Positions 31,365 through 42,402 are shown, counted from the stretch's first letter. The stretch: DNA of 64,000 bases from Nitrosopumilaceae archaeon (GCA_965207375.1 OZ242274.1:1376001-1440000); one strand, 5' to 3'. The notes: generated from the letters alone by a model not told the origin. A program made the numbers and translations.

Positions 31365-31438
31365 GGGCCTGTGGTTCAGCTTGGTAGAACGATTGCCTGA
31401 AAGCCAATAGGTCACGGGTTCAAATCCCGTCAGGTCCA
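31365..31438 (+). tRNA. tRNA with GAA anticodon (Phe), atypical body
   Basis: GGGCCTG/CAGGTCC acceptor, GTTC/GAAC D-stem, ATTGC-CTGAAAG-CCAAT (C31:C39 mismatch), ACGGG-TTCAAAT-CCCGT. Confidence 0.85.
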
Positions 31439-31540
31439 CATTTTACTTTCCGTACAAATTCCTTGATCGACTTGAGATAGAGTTTGTACCTGATTTTGTA
31501 CTGATTTGCCCCCTTTTATACAAAATAATTCTATGTCACC

Positions 31541-31876
31541 ATGATATTAATCGCAATTGTAGCCGTTGTCATAATCTTTCTTGCCATTGGTACTGCCATG
31601 AACTATTACTCACACAGAGATGATGTTTCACAAAAACAAGAGGTCTCAAATATTATCCAAAACGACCGAATAAAGGAACAACTTACTGTATCTAGAAACG
31701 ACTCACATCTGTTTGTTGCAAACCAGTGGGGTGGAGAGTCGTCCACACTACAGGCAATAGGTATCACATGTGATGATGGGCGTGTCTTTACAACACAGCT
31801 AAAGATAAACATAACATCACTACACATCGCCAACCAGTCAAAGGTATTTGAGGAACTGAACGCCAAATGTGGCTAG
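31541..31876 (+). CDS. Pilin-like small membrane-anchored protein
   Basis: N-terminal hydrophobic helix and short beta domain; first gene of the pilus/T4SS operon. Confidence 0.55.
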   Translation: MILIAIVAVVIIFLAIGTAMNYYSHRDDVSQKQEVSNIIQNDRIKEQLTVSRNDSHLFVANQWGGESSTLQAIGITCDDGRVFTTQLKINITSLHIANQSKVFEELNAKCG

Positions 31877-34800
31877 TGATTTTACTGCTTTGTGTACTAT
31901 GTGTGCCAGCAGCATGGGCCCAGTCAGAGGAAATAATACGTCACGGTGACCAAACTGCATTTACACTACACATACCAGATATCATGATTGCAGGTGACAT
32001 ATACGAAGGAGTCATCATAACAAAGAAACCTCAAGCCATACCACAAACAATCAATCTAGCATCAGATAATCGTCATCTGGAAATACCAACTACTGTAACC
32101 ATACATCCTGGACAAAATCATGTCATATTCCCAATACACCTGACACATCCACGTACCGATACAGCTATACGTGTACATGCTATCACTCCAGAACACCGAG
32201 ACTATACCGATACTACAATCTTTTCAATATCAAACAATCCGACATCACTACACATAATCACACCCGCACAAGATACTCTAACTACCGCTACAGATACATT
32301 ACCTGCCAAGGTAATGCTTACAGATGCCGCAGGCATTCCTGTTATAACCAAAAATAATGTAACTGTTCGCCTTACTGCAACTCCAGACATAAGATTCTCA
32401 CAGACAATATCTTTTGATCCTTCACAGGTACTAGATGTTATGATCCCTGCAGGTCAATATGAGACAGACTTTATTGCTAGTATCACCGGTGACGGCCAGA
32501 TACACGCACATTCTGAATCATTGACCCCAGATTCTGTACAGATAGAGTATGTTGCAAGTCAGGATATCACGATACACATAGCAATAACTCCAATACCTGC
32601 GGCTGCCTATTCGTCTGGTAGTTATTTTGTCTGGCTTGAACGAGACGGAATAATGTACGTCCCCCAAGAGGTCATCACAGTAAAGCTTGAATCGAGTGGA
32701 CAATCTGTACGGTTCACAAATACTATAGGAGTACAAGAGGTATACACACAGATTCCACCATCTGGCATACAGCAGGGTATAGTGTATTTTGGCCAGCCCA
32801 CACAGGGTGAGAATCCAGCATCAGTTACTGCCACGATACCTGGCATCGGGACAGGCTCTGCTCAGGTAATTGTACATGATACCTATAATGGTGCAGCCCA
32901 ACTCATCTGCCTTTGGTACTTTCCTCCAATTCCATCATCTATAGTATGGATATCAGCAGGGTTCTATGCAGGAGACGAGGATGCAACATGTGTTGATACA
33001 ACATCAGATATAACCATTGAAGATACAGAAAATCTAACAGTTAGCAACTCGACTGAAAAAGACAAACTAAAACCTATACGCATTCACAATACTAGACTAG
33101 ATGATTTATCATACACATCAAGTATGGGCCATGATGATCATATCGCAATACTTGATACGTTACAAAAAAAATCACCGGCAACCTACATCTCAACTATAGA
33201 TACACCGTTTAAGATTCTAGATCATAGAGAACACTATATCACCGTAACTCCAAGTGAAAATACGGCAGGAGATACGACATCATTTGTATCACTTCCAGAA
33301 TCAGGTTCAGAATATGTTGTTACACTGAGTCCGATTCCTGCAATTCGTGGCATACCGGGGGAAATTGCCTATATCGTAATTACTGACCAACAGGGAATAA
33401 TCAGAAATCCACAATGGGTAACAAACGAAGACATTGCTAATAGTATCGTAACACAATCAGGTAATGCTATCGATAATTTACATATCCAAAACAATTGGAT
33501 TGGCACCACTAGTACCATATCTGGCATATATCAACAGGAGGTGACAACCATATCTGCAGCAATTCCGGGATTACTATCTGATGAACCTTTGTACATGACA
33601 GTTACTGGCGCCAAAACCGGAATATCTGTCTGGATGCCACCTGAAATAAACATTGGTTCAGAATTTCCCGTCACCGTACATGCGTTATCACAAAATAGAC
33701 CATTACAGCGACTCGATGCTGATTCTCTGACCATTACAGGTCAACAAATACACGTATACAATGTGAATCAACAGACACGCAGTATAATCACACAAAGCGG
33801 CAACGGCACTCTAAATATAATCTCATCAGACAGTTACATTTCAAGTGTTGAATTTTCAACATTTCAAAATGAAATACATGATGTAAATGTGCGTTCTGTG
33901 TCACCTGATGTCGTAAGGCTGGGAAGTAACATTTTACTAGAATTTCTCACGGGTTCTGTGTACGATCCCGATGTTTCCATACTCGGCAATATTGACTTTA
34001 CCCAAGATGAACAAACAGGACTATACACTGCAACACCGCAGGAGCCTGGCCAGTATCAGGTTACAGTTTTAGTTGAAAAGGACGGCTGGGATGATTATCG
34101 TCAGAGCTTTGGCTGGGAGGTAGAACACATGGTTACAGCATCTGTTAGCATAATAGCAGATGACGGCGTATCGCTACCTATCGGTATCAACATGACACAT
34201 AGTGAATCAACTAATGTTACACTGCACAACGGTGTACAGGATGATGTTCGTGCAGGTGTTTACACAATTGGTATCCCTGAAATGTACAGTTTCGGCCAAG
34301 ATCGAACCTATGTCCTGCGTGATATCAACATAAACGGTGAAACCCTTACTCCTGTAGGCTCATTTACGTATCTAATTGATTCAGACAGTGTAGTATCTGC
34401 CGTATATCATAGAGAAATAGATGTACAGTTTGTACCCATACTTGATGCACCAGATGATATCATAGATGCAGCATTTGTGCAAGGTAACGGTCTGTACAGG
34501 TATGGTGATACAGTAACGGTGTCAGCAACATCAGTCCCTGAACTGTTTGGTCTGATATGGCATGTACCAGTATCGTATAACACACAAAACGGTATCATCA
34601 AATCAGAATCAATATCCTTTGAAGCAATAACTTCTGAATCTGGTTATGTTGAATACGAGAAAAACTATACCGTAACTATAGCATTTATTGGAATAATTGT
34701 AGCAGCACCCGTAATTGTAATCCGGATAAAATCACCTGAAATAATCTGGGATCTAAAGGATGGGATTCACAGCACCATAAAGAAACTAAAATCAAAAAAT

Positions 34801-34884
34801 AACAAAAAATATAACAAAAAACAAAATGTACAAGAGACCAAATCTGGATTATTTGGCAGCATTTTGGGGAGGCTAAAAAAATGA
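31867..34884 (+). CDS. Large secreted beta-rich surface protein with C-terminal TM anchor
   Basis: Signal peptide, Ig-like composition, TM helix and basic tail. Confidence 0.75.
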   Translation: MWLVILLLCVLCVPAAWAQSEEIIRHGDQTAFTLHIPDIMIAGDIYEGVIITKKPQAIPQTINLASDNRHLEIPTTVTIHPGQNHVIFPIHLTHPRTDTAIRVHAITPEHRDYTDTTIFSISNNPTSLHIITPAQDTLTTATDTLPAKVMLTDAAGIPVITKNNVTVRLTATPDIRFSQTISFDPSQVLDVMIPAGQYETDFIASITGDGQIHAHSESLTPDSVQIEYVASQDITIHIAITPIPAAAYSSGSYFVWLERDGIMYVPQEVITVKLESSGQSVRFTNTIGVQEVYTQIPPSGIQQGIVYFGQPTQGENPASVTATIPGIGTGSAQVIVHDTYNGAAQLICLWYFPPIPSSIVWISAGFYAGDEDATCVDTTSDITIEDTENLTVSNSTEKDKLKPIRIHNTRLDDLSYTSSMGHDDHIAILDTLQKKSPATYISTIDTPFKILDHREHYITVTPSENTAGDTTSFVSLPESGSEYVVTLSPIPAIRGIPGEIAYIVITDQQGIIRNPQWVTNEDIANSIVTQSGNAIDNLHIQNNWIGTTSTISGIYQQEVTTISAAIPGLLSDEPLYMTVTGAKTGISVWMPPEINIGSEFPVTVHALSQNRPLQRLDADSLTITGQQIHVYNVNQQTRSIITQSGNGTLNIISSDSYISSVEFSTFQNEIHDVNVRSVSPDVVRLGSNILLEFLTGSVYDPDVSILGNIDFTQDEQTGLYTATPQEPGQYQVTVLVEKDGWDDYRQSFGWEVEHMVTASVSIIADDGVSLPIGINMTHSESTNVTLHNGVQDDVRAGVYTIGIPEMYSFGQDRTYVLRDININGETLTPVGSFTYLIDSDSVVSAVYHREIDVQFVPILDAPDDIIDAAFVQGNGLYRYGDTVTVSATSVPELFGLIWHVPVSYNTQNGIIKSESISFEAITSESGYVEYEKNYTVTIAFIGIIVAAPVIVIRIKSPEIIWDLKDGIHSTIKKLKSKNNKKYNKKQNVQETKSGLFGSILGRLKK

Positions 34885-36722
34885 TTCGTTACATTTTGTA
34901 TATTGCTATTTTTAGTATCATTCCTGCAGCATATGGTTCTTGCGAAAGTATTGAAGAGTGCAAGTTTGCAAATCTGTTTCCAGAACCCGAGGCCAAACTG
35001 TACTTGCCCACTGAATCTGTCACGATATCTCATGGCAAGACTGCACATGTCTTGATTGCAGGCACCCTACCAGAAGAAAAGGTGGCAAAACGCCCCATTT
35101 TGATAGACATAACAGGTCCGGATGAGAAAACCGTATCCCTTGAGATACTCTCTACAGAACAAGGCTATTTCCAAACGTTACATAGTATAACTGCTGACAG
35201 ACATGCAGAGGGAATATACAAGGTAGAGTCATGGTTTGCAGAAACTGAAACAGATACTGATGAGGAGATAATTTCAGAGCTTGCAGAAGGTGAGTTTCAT
35301 GTTACGGTTCTAGGTGATACAGCAGACCACATTGTTATAATTGCTGATACTGTAGGAAGGGCTTGTCTTGAAGATGTCAATACATGTTATGAAAATCCCG
35401 ATGCTCAAATTGTAGTTGGAAACACGATACAGTGGATAAATGAATCTACAGAAGCTCATCATATTCGGGCTACAGCAATTGGCTCAAATGACACAGACAT
35501 GTCTATCGTACAGTCAACATTAGAATCCGGATACTTTGATACTGGTGTCATACCGCCACACATGTCTGAAACGATTCTATTTGATACACCGCTTGTCGCA
35601 ATATACTCTTGTATGTTTCATCCTTGGATGGAAGGTACTATACATGTGGCGACACTACCAGATGAACAAACAGACATCCCAGAAACCATACTTGATGTAA
35701 AACCGGAACGTGAAACGCCTGGAAGTTCTGAACCCCGCATCGTCTTTGATGTTACAAATACACGATACCACAATGCAGGAGATAAGATACAAATTAGTGT
35801 ACACTATGTCAATACAAGGTCATCTAGTGTAAGTGTTGATTTACTAGATTCAGATGGTATTGAAATAGCAGACACATATGCTTCAAGAGAAGAAGACACC
35901 TCCACATTTGAAATCCTCACACAGCCCACATGGGAACCCGGAAAATACACAGTAGTGGTAGACCCGCGTGGCAAAACCAAATCCTCTGAAATTACTATAA
36001 CTATTGATACTCATGATATTGTATGTGTGGAAGACACCATATCCAACATAACAAAGAAACAGCACAGCAAGAACTGTTACGCAGGAATAATTGATAAAAT
36101 CATTGATGCAGACACCTTGTCAATATCAAAAAAATACAACTCACTTAGTGTAGCAAATCCCGGAAACAACGATACTCATCGAGATGTATCAAAACAGTTC
36201 CTTGAAGAAACATGTCCGCCGGGTAGTATAGCTATAGTAGACATGGACAGACAAATGACTGCTGATTCGCGCTCACTTGCAGGAGAGAGATCACAGGGGG
36301 CATATTCTGCTGTATACTGTAATTCTAATCCTACTAGTGTAAACCAGCAGATGATAAATGCTGGACTAGCAGAGATAGATCCCATCGGCTGTCTGACATC
36401 TGAATTTGAGTGGAGTATTTGTCCTGTTATACATGAAATCATAGAAACGATACCAACAGAATTAGAACCAGAAAACAACTGTATGATTGCCCTGGTGTCA
36501 TACGGTACGGATCTTGCATATCCGGTACAATTATTGCGTGAATTTCGAGGTGATATCATAACTGACCCGTTTATGAAAGTCGGTCTTGATTCCATACACC
36601 AGGCATACTATACCGTATCCCCACATATCGTTGATATCATGACTGACATGCCCGAACTAAAGATTGTGGCATATTCGATACTATACGTACCGATATCTGT
36701 GGCAGGTGCATATCTTGAGTGA
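34881..36722 (+). CDS. Secreted protein with cupredoxin, degenerate thermonuclease and CFI-box-CTERM domains
   Basis: HHI...YSCMFHPWMEG copper site; KIIDADTL...VNQQMINAGLA; CMIALVSYGTDLAYPVQLLREFRG. Confidence 0.8.
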   Translation: MIRYILYIAIFSIIPAAYGSCESIEECKFANLFPEPEAKLYLPTESVTISHGKTAHVLIAGTLPEEKVAKRPILIDITGPDEKTVSLEILSTEQGYFQTLHSITADRHAEGIYKVESWFAETETDTDEEIISELAEGEFHVTVLGDTADHIVIIADTVGRACLEDVNTCYENPDAQIVVGNTIQWINESTEAHHIRATAIGSNDTDMSIVQSTLESGYFDTGVIPPHMSETILFDTPLVAIYSCMFHPWMEGTIHVATLPDEQTDIPETILDVKPERETPGSSEPRIVFDVTNTRYHNAGDKIQISVHYVNTRSSSVSVDLLDSDGIEIADTYASREEDTSTFEILTQPTWEPGKYTVVVDPRGKTKSSEITITIDTHDIVCVEDTISNITKKQHSKNCYAGIIDKIIDADTLSISKKYNSLSVANPGNNDTHRDVSKQFLEETCPPGSIAIVDMDRQMTADSRSLAGERSQGAYSAVYCNSNPTSVNQQMINAGLAEIDPIGCLTSEFEWSICPVIHEIIETIPTELEPENNCMIALVSYGTDLAYPVQLLREFRGDIITDPFMKVGLDSIHQAYYTVSPHIVDIMTDMPELKIVAYSILYVPISVAGAYLE

Positions 36723-36729
36723 AATTGTT

Positions 36730-38604
36730 ATGCGACCAAAACCTTCAAGCAGATTTCGTACCTGTCTGTCTATATCATGTATCTGTGGCATTGTTATAAT
36801 TATCTTATTTTCCAAAGGCACATACAGTGACGTGGTACTGTCTTGTATCCTTGCGGTATCTGCTGTATCTGCACTACTTGTGCCGACTAGACGGAACAAA
36901 AAGAAATACGTGTCAGCCGACCGCAGGGTAACAGTACGAAAAATAGACTTTCCAAGGGGTTGGAAAATCTTTATCATTTTAGAAAACAAACTCCCCTTTA
37001 TCAAAAAACTAAGACAATACAATGATGGTATCATAAGCAGTATTGCCCCATCTGCAGGAATCCCATATGATACGGAATCTGCTGCCACCAAAAGCACCAG
37101 ATTTGCCATTGTATCAATCATACCCTGTGTGATATCTGGCATATTTTTGACCCAGAATCTACATTTGGGGTTTATAGGAATTGCAGTAGCACCGCTTTTA
37201 GTATTTTTTGCCCCGTTTGTAAAATTAAAATTTGCAGTACAGGAGCGCCGTGGCAAGATAGAAGAAGAGATGGCATACTTTCTAAGTTACGTCAATATAA
37301 TGCAAAGTGTTGGCCGTGGTCTGTATCAGGCATTTGATGAAATCCGCAATCAAAGAATATTTCCTGCAATGGAAAAAGACGCAAGAGAGCTAGTCAGACG
37401 TGTCAACATGCTTGGAAACAGTCAGAAACAGGCACTGTCTGACTATGCCTCACATCATCCATCTGAATCATTTCGTGCCTTTGTATCTGGGTATATGGCA
37501 AAGATGTCTAGTATCGGAAATGTACCTGCATATACAGAAGCCAAGGCAAAATATTTCTTTGAAGAATACATGTCTGCCTGGGAGCGATATGAAAAAAGTG
37601 CACAAGAAATATTTTCAGCAGTTTTGATGATTTCAATTATTTTGCCCATGATGATGGCATTTAATTCCATGATGGGGACCGCTTCTACTGCAAGCATTCT
37701 GATATTTGCAGGCACCCTCATCTCGCCTCTAGTGGCTGCAGTCATGATCTCTGCTTTGAACTCATCACAGCCAGCAACAGGACATCGAATCAAAATGGCA
37801 TGGCCCTCATTTGCAGCAGGTGGTATAGTAGGAATTACATGTATGGTATCAGGACTAGATACTGCCACATCTCTGGCACTAGGCGTTCTAGTTGGTGCAA
37901 TAGTAAACTATGTCACCGTACGCCCACAGCTTGCACAAATCCATGCAATAGATGCAATGATTCCTGAATTTATGCGAGATGTCACTGAAATGTCAAAGAC
38001 AGGTACCGGAATAAACCAGATAATTATAAAACAGTCAGGCAACTATACGGGCGGCTTTAATTCCATGCTACAAGATATTGCAGTAAAAATCCGTGCAGGA
38101 AGAACCTTTGCGTCAGCCGCTCGAGAAATAAAATCAGAATCAACACATGTAAGATTTATCATGTTTTTGCTATCAAAGGCACAAAGTACTGGTGGTGGCT
38201 CACCTTCATTGTACCTTGATATCACAGATTTTGTCACAAAGATACACCAGACAAAGACAAAAATTGTAAAGGGCCTAACAATGCTGTCAGGTATAGTATA
38301 CTTTTCACCGTTTATGATGTTAGGTATCACTCACATGATGGTTGCAATATTTGCAACTGATACTAGTACCAGTACAAATTCTATGGCATTTGACTTGTCC
38401 ACATTTGGTAGTATCGATGAATCAATCATAGACGGGATATCATTAATGGCCGTATGTACTACTGCACCGATGGCAGTAGTTGCCTCCAAGGTGTCTAGTT
38501 TTACTGTCAAAAACACGCTACCTGTGGCTGTAACTGCTGTAACTACCATTTTGGCAATACATCTTACACCTGTAATTATTGCAATGTTTGGGTTTGGTGG
38601 CTAG
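36730..38604 (+). CDS. Type IV pilus platform protein (TadC/FlaJ, T2SS-F family)
   Basis: Two T2SSF repeats (IEEEMAYFLSYV...; IDAMIPEFMRDVTE...G) separated by TM helices. Confidence 0.85.
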   Translation: MRPKPSSRFRTCLSISCICGIVIIILFSKGTYSDVVLSCILAVSAVSALLVPTRRNKKKYVSADRRVTVRKIDFPRGWKIFIILENKLPFIKKLRQYNDGIISSIAPSAGIPYDTESAATKSTRFAIVSIIPCVISGIFLTQNLHLGFIGIAVAPLLVFFAPFVKLKFAVQERRGKIEEEMAYFLSYVNIMQSVGRGLYQAFDEIRNQRIFPAMEKDARELVRRVNMLGNSQKQALSDYASHHPSESFRAFVSGYMAKMSSIGNVPAYTEAKAKYFFEEYMSAWERYEKSAQEIFSAVLMISIILPMMMAFNSMMGTASTASILIFAGTLISPLVAAVMISALNSSQPATGHRIKMAWPSFAAGGIVGITCMVSGLDTATSLALGVLVGAIVNYVTVRPQLAQIHAIDAMIPEFMRDVTEMSKTGTGINQIIIKQSGNYTGGFNSMLQDIAVKIRAGRTFASAAREIKSESTHVRFIMFLLSKAQSTGGGSPSLYLDITDFVTKIHQTKTKIVKGLTMLSGIVYFSPFMMLGITHMMVAIFATDTSTSTNSMAFDLSTFGSIDESIIDGISLMAVCTTAPMAVVASKVSSFTVKNTLPVAVTAVTTILAIHLTPVIIAMFGFGG

Positions 38605-41455
38605 CTTGTTTGGAAGAAAACCAAAGATATCAAAACCAAAAAAAGTCAACAAAAAGCCAAAGTATGAAGTAGACTATATCGGATTCAAGTATGCTGACCC
38701 TTTATTGTCATCAAAAAAATCTGATACAAACAAGGCATATGGCATATCCGCAGAGGAACGTGTTCATATGGCAATATTTGGGCTACCGGGCTCTGGAAAA
38801 TCAAGCCTGATAAAACTATTGATACTACAAAACATACAGAGGCAGCAAGGATTCATGGTTATCGACCCACATGGCTCCCTTGCCCGCGATGTAATGGAGA
38901 TGATACCTCCTGAGAGGGCAGAAGATGTAATCTATGTGAATCCAGCATCGTTATACAAATACGGCAAGACAATACACATCAATCCGCTTGAGGTACGTTC
39001 TGAAAATGAACGATATGTAGTTGTAATGGCCTTTGTCAACATGCTGTACAATCTGTACAAAGACACCTGGGGGCCCAGACTGGAGGTGGTGTTGCGAAAT
39101 GCTGCAAACGCCTTGGTTGAAACCCGGGATCACAACAGACTAAACAATATTTCAGCATTGATTACCGATGAGGAGCAAAGAGCAACGATTCTAGCCGATG
39201 TTGCCTCAAAAAATGTAAAACACTTTTGGGAGGAAATATTTGCAAAACAATACAGCAAAGATGCAGGAAGTAGTGCATACAACAAAATCGACAAAATCAT
39301 GGCCACACCTACGGTCAACGCAATGCTTGATGCAACAAAATCATCTATTTCCATGCGTGATATAATGGAGAACCGCAGAATGATTATAGTGGATTTATCT
39401 ACTGGAGCTTCAGATGATATTGCTGAATTTCTAGGCTCAATATTTCTCAACATGCTGTATGTTGAGGCCAAAAAAAGACTGGACATAGAAGGTGAGACAG
39501 GCGACATTTTGGCAAATCCGTTTTACTGTTATGTGGACGAGGCACACATGTTTTCAAACAGTACAATGTCTGAAATGTTGCGTTCTTTGCGCAAGTTCAA
39601 TGTAAAGATGTGTCTTGCAACACAGACGGCAAACGCCTATGAACGTGATTTTGCACAAGAGATAACTGGTATCTGCAAGACAATAGTTACAGGAAGATGT
39701 GATTTTTTTACTGCAAACATACTCCGGGCAGTAATGTCAATCTCTACTGAAGAGATGCAGAGACTACCTGCACATTCTTTTGCGTTATTTTCTGATGAGC
39801 GTGGAGTTCATGCAAATGCAATATTTCGTTCAAGACCAATACCCATGGATGGACAAAAGTGCAGCAACTGGAATGATATTGCAAAAATCTCCTCAGAAAA
39901 ATGGGGCAGAGAAATAATAATGGAAAGATACATTCCAAGCACAGCACTAGGTAATCTTTTGTTTAATCCGCTTGAGACATGTATCATACATATGATGCAT
40001 TTTGATAAACGTGATTGGTATCGTGCAGAAATTATAATGAAAACAAAAATGGTGTTTCCTAGAGTTGTGGAGCGGGCCATAAACGGAGCAATTGACCGAT
40101 TGACCCGAGAAATGTATGTAAAAACAATGTATCCACATACAGACGATGGCGACGAGTTTGACGGCATGAAAAGATATGTGTTACATGACAGGGTATATTC
40201 CACCTACCTGTCTAGGGCATATGGTTCACGCAGAGCCGGAGGCGAGGATCACAATGAGATACTTTTTAAAATTGCTGAACTAAACATGAAGCACCACAGA
40301 TACTGCATACCTGATTTGGGCAACAAGGGGGACGAGGCACCAGACCTATTGATAATAGAGCCTGCCATAATAACTGACAAGGACGGTTATCTTACATTTG
40401 ATCCGCACAAGTGGAGTGAGAAAAACCGACTTGCAGTAGAGGTTGAAACCATGGCAGGAAAACACATGGCACACTCTGTATACAATTATACCAAAAATAC
40501 AGAACGTGGTTATGACGTATGGTTTGTCTGTTTTAATGCAGCAGACAGGGAGAAACTTGAAACAGCAATACGAGAAAAACACGAAAAGTTTGAAAAATGC
40601 AAAATGGATGTAATAGATTACAAAAAGATAATGTCAGGCCAACACCAGATTCCTGATACTGCTGAGGAATCATTTCATGATGTAAAGGTGCAAAACATTG
40701 ATGAAATAAACAAACAGAGTCAGATAGAACAAGATACCAGGACAAAACCAAAATCGACAGTACCACCTGAACAGCTACAATCATACAATGAAACCAAAAA
40801 GAAACAGGCCCAATTCTATCGAAACATTGTAGATGCAAACTTGACAAATTTCAAAAAAATCATAGAGCCACAAAATACAAAGGGTACAGATGAGCCACAT
40901 CTTTCACCACTAGAATGGACACTATTGGAAAATGTACGAAAAGAAAACATTGCAGAATTAAATTATGAAAAGATATGGAAAAAATACGGTCAAGGCAAGT
41001 CACTAAATGACATAAAGTATGCTGTAAAGCGACTCACTTCTTTGGAAAAACTTCGAATCACACACTATACAAAACATCAAAAAAGAGGATCTCTTGATGG
41101 TACAGGTGACCATAAAATAACAACAAAGGTGGCCGTTTTGGAATATGTATATCGGGATGACCCAAAGGCTGACTCTGTAAAAACAACCGATACAGAACAT
41201 CAAAAGGTAAAACCAACAAACACACCAACAAAAATAAAAGATAACACTACAAAAACTATCGATACAGACAGTACAGAATCACAACATGCTCAAGATACTG
41301 TACAAAAACCCAAGACAAACAAGGAAAGAAATCCTATTGTATCACTAGACCTAGAATCTTTAGACAGTGCTAGGTTAAACATGATATTACATGATGACAC
41401 ACAGGCGCCAATACATGAGCAAATCAGGGCAGAATTGGCCAAAAGACAGGACTAA
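38597..41455 (+). CDS. VirD4/TraG/VirB4-like conjugative ATPase (coupling-protein type) with long C-terminal extension
   Basis: HMAIFGLPGSGKS Walker A, VIDPHG, INPL, WGPRLE, YVDEAH Walker B, RKF...LATQ. Confidence 0.88.
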   Translation: MASLFGRKPKISKPKKVNKKPKYEVDYIGFKYADPLLSSKKSDTNKAYGISAEERVHMAIFGLPGSGKSSLIKLLILQNIQRQQGFMVIDPHGSLARDVMEMIPPERAEDVIYVNPASLYKYGKTIHINPLEVRSENERYVVVMAFVNMLYNLYKDTWGPRLEVVLRNAANALVETRDHNRLNNISALITDEEQRATILADVASKNVKHFWEEIFAKQYSKDAGSSAYNKIDKIMATPTVNAMLDATKSSISMRDIMENRRMIIVDLSTGASDDIAEFLGSIFLNMLYVEAKKRLDIEGETGDILANPFYCYVDEAHMFSNSTMSEMLRSLRKFNVKMCLATQTANAYERDFAQEITGICKTIVTGRCDFFTANILRAVMSISTEEMQRLPAHSFALFSDERGVHANAIFRSRPIPMDGQKCSNWNDIAKISSEKWGREIIMERYIPSTALGNLLFNPLETCIIHMMHFDKRDWYRAEIIMKTKMVFPRVVERAINGAIDRLTREMYVKTMYPHTDDGDEFDGMKRYVLHDRVYSTYLSRAYGSRRAGGEDHNEILFKIAELNMKHHRYCIPDLGNKGDEAPDLLIIEPAIITDKDGYLTFDPHKWSEKNRLAVEVETMAGKHMAHSVYNYTKNTERGYDVWFVCFNAADREKLETAIREKHEKFEKCKMDVIDYKKIMSGQHQIPDTAEESFHDVKVQNIDEINKQSQIEQDTRTKPKSTVPPEQLQSYNETKKKQAQFYRNIVDANLTNFKKIIEPQNTKGTDEPHLSPLEWTLLENVRKENIAELNYEKIWKKYGQGKSLNDIKYAVKRLTSLEKLRITHYTKHQKRGSLDGTGDHKITTKVAVLEYVYRDDPKADSVKTTDTEHQKVKPTNTPTKIKDNTTKTIDTDSTESQHAQDTVQKPKTNKERNPIVSLDLESLDSARLNMILHDDTQAPIHEQIRAELAKRQD
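41413..41446. repeat. 34-bp direct repeat, left copy (3' end of ATPase gene)
   Basis: ACATGAGCAAATCAGGGCAGAATTGGCCAAAAGA, identical at 42615-42648. Confidence 0.95.
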
Positions 41456-41531
41456 ACACTAGGGAATTTGTAATGCTAGATCTAGCATCTTACGATCATG
41501 TTATAGTTGCTTTTTAAACAATCTTTTTAAA

Positions 41532-41897
41532 ATGGCGATTAGAAATATGGTTATGCAAAATATGGATAATAATATGATGATATTTTTAAAAATTACTCGT
41601 GATATACTTGTTGATTTTTCATCTTTGGTAAACACTATGATAGAATCTAAGGAAAAATATGGCGTTGGTCTAGATGCTATGAAAACAATTAATTTTTCAG
41701 AACCCAAATCTTTACAGCAATTAGCTGCAAGTATTCCAAATGAAAAATTAGGTATTCTATTAAATGTAGCAGCAGAATTAATATCAACACAAAACGACTT
41801 TTCAAAAGTTATGAAAATGAATGAAAAGGAACTATCCGAATTAAATGATAAACTAAATTCAATAACGACAAAATTAAGTGAAATTGTAGGTAAATAA
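41532..41897 (+). CDS. Hypothetical helical protein
   Basis: AT-rich ORF, first gene of the inserted cassette. Confidence 0.6.
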   Translation: MAIRNMVMQNMDNNMMIFLKITRDILVDFSSLVNTMIESKEKYGVGLDAMKTINFSEPKSLQQLAASIPNEKLGILLNVAAELISTQNDFSKVMKMNEKELSELNDKLNSITTKLSEIVGK

Positions 41898-41899
41898 TA

Positions 41900-42193
41900 T
41901 TGTCAGCACAAGTAACAGGTCAAAGTATCATAGCGAATATCCTTCAGGCTTTTTTTACTGGAGTACAATTAGGCAAATCTATGATTCCAGACATAATGAT
42001 GTCTTCGTTTTTATATTCTGCACCAGAGGAACAGGGTGTTAAAGTCAAACAAGAAGCAAATAAGGAACATATTGAAATTGATGTAGATAAAATGGATATT
42101 GGAAAATTTTACATGGTAAAATATCATGATGAGGCTTTTATTGTAAGAAAAATCGGTAATGAACAAATTGCGTTTTATGATGTGATAGAATGA
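41900..42193 (+). CDS. Hypothetical protein
   Basis: Coupled to upstream ORF. Confidence 0.55.
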   Translation: MSAQVTGQSIIANILQAFFTGVQLGKSMIPDIMMSSFLYSAPEEQGVKVKQEANKEHIEIDVDKMDIGKFYMVKYHDEAFIVRKIGNEQIAFYDVIE

Positions 42194-42402
42194 GCATAGA
42201 TACAGTATCAATGCCAGATTTACCATTTAAAAAAATTGAACAAAAATCCATCATTGACATTAGGACATTTCAACCACATCAAATCAAGGAAATAGAAGAA
42301 TGGAGTTGGAAGAAGATGAAAAATGAAAAATGGTTAGTTCAATTGGACTGCGTTACTAAAAAGCTTAAAAAATGGAAGTTAGTAGAAACCATTGATAATT
42401 AG
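42190..42402 (+). CDS. Hypothetical protein
   Basis: ATGA overlap with upstream ORF. Confidence 0.55.
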   Translation: MSIDTVSMPDLPFKKIEQKSIIDIRTFQPHQIKEIEEWSWKKMKNEKWLVQLDCVTKKLKKWKLVETIDN

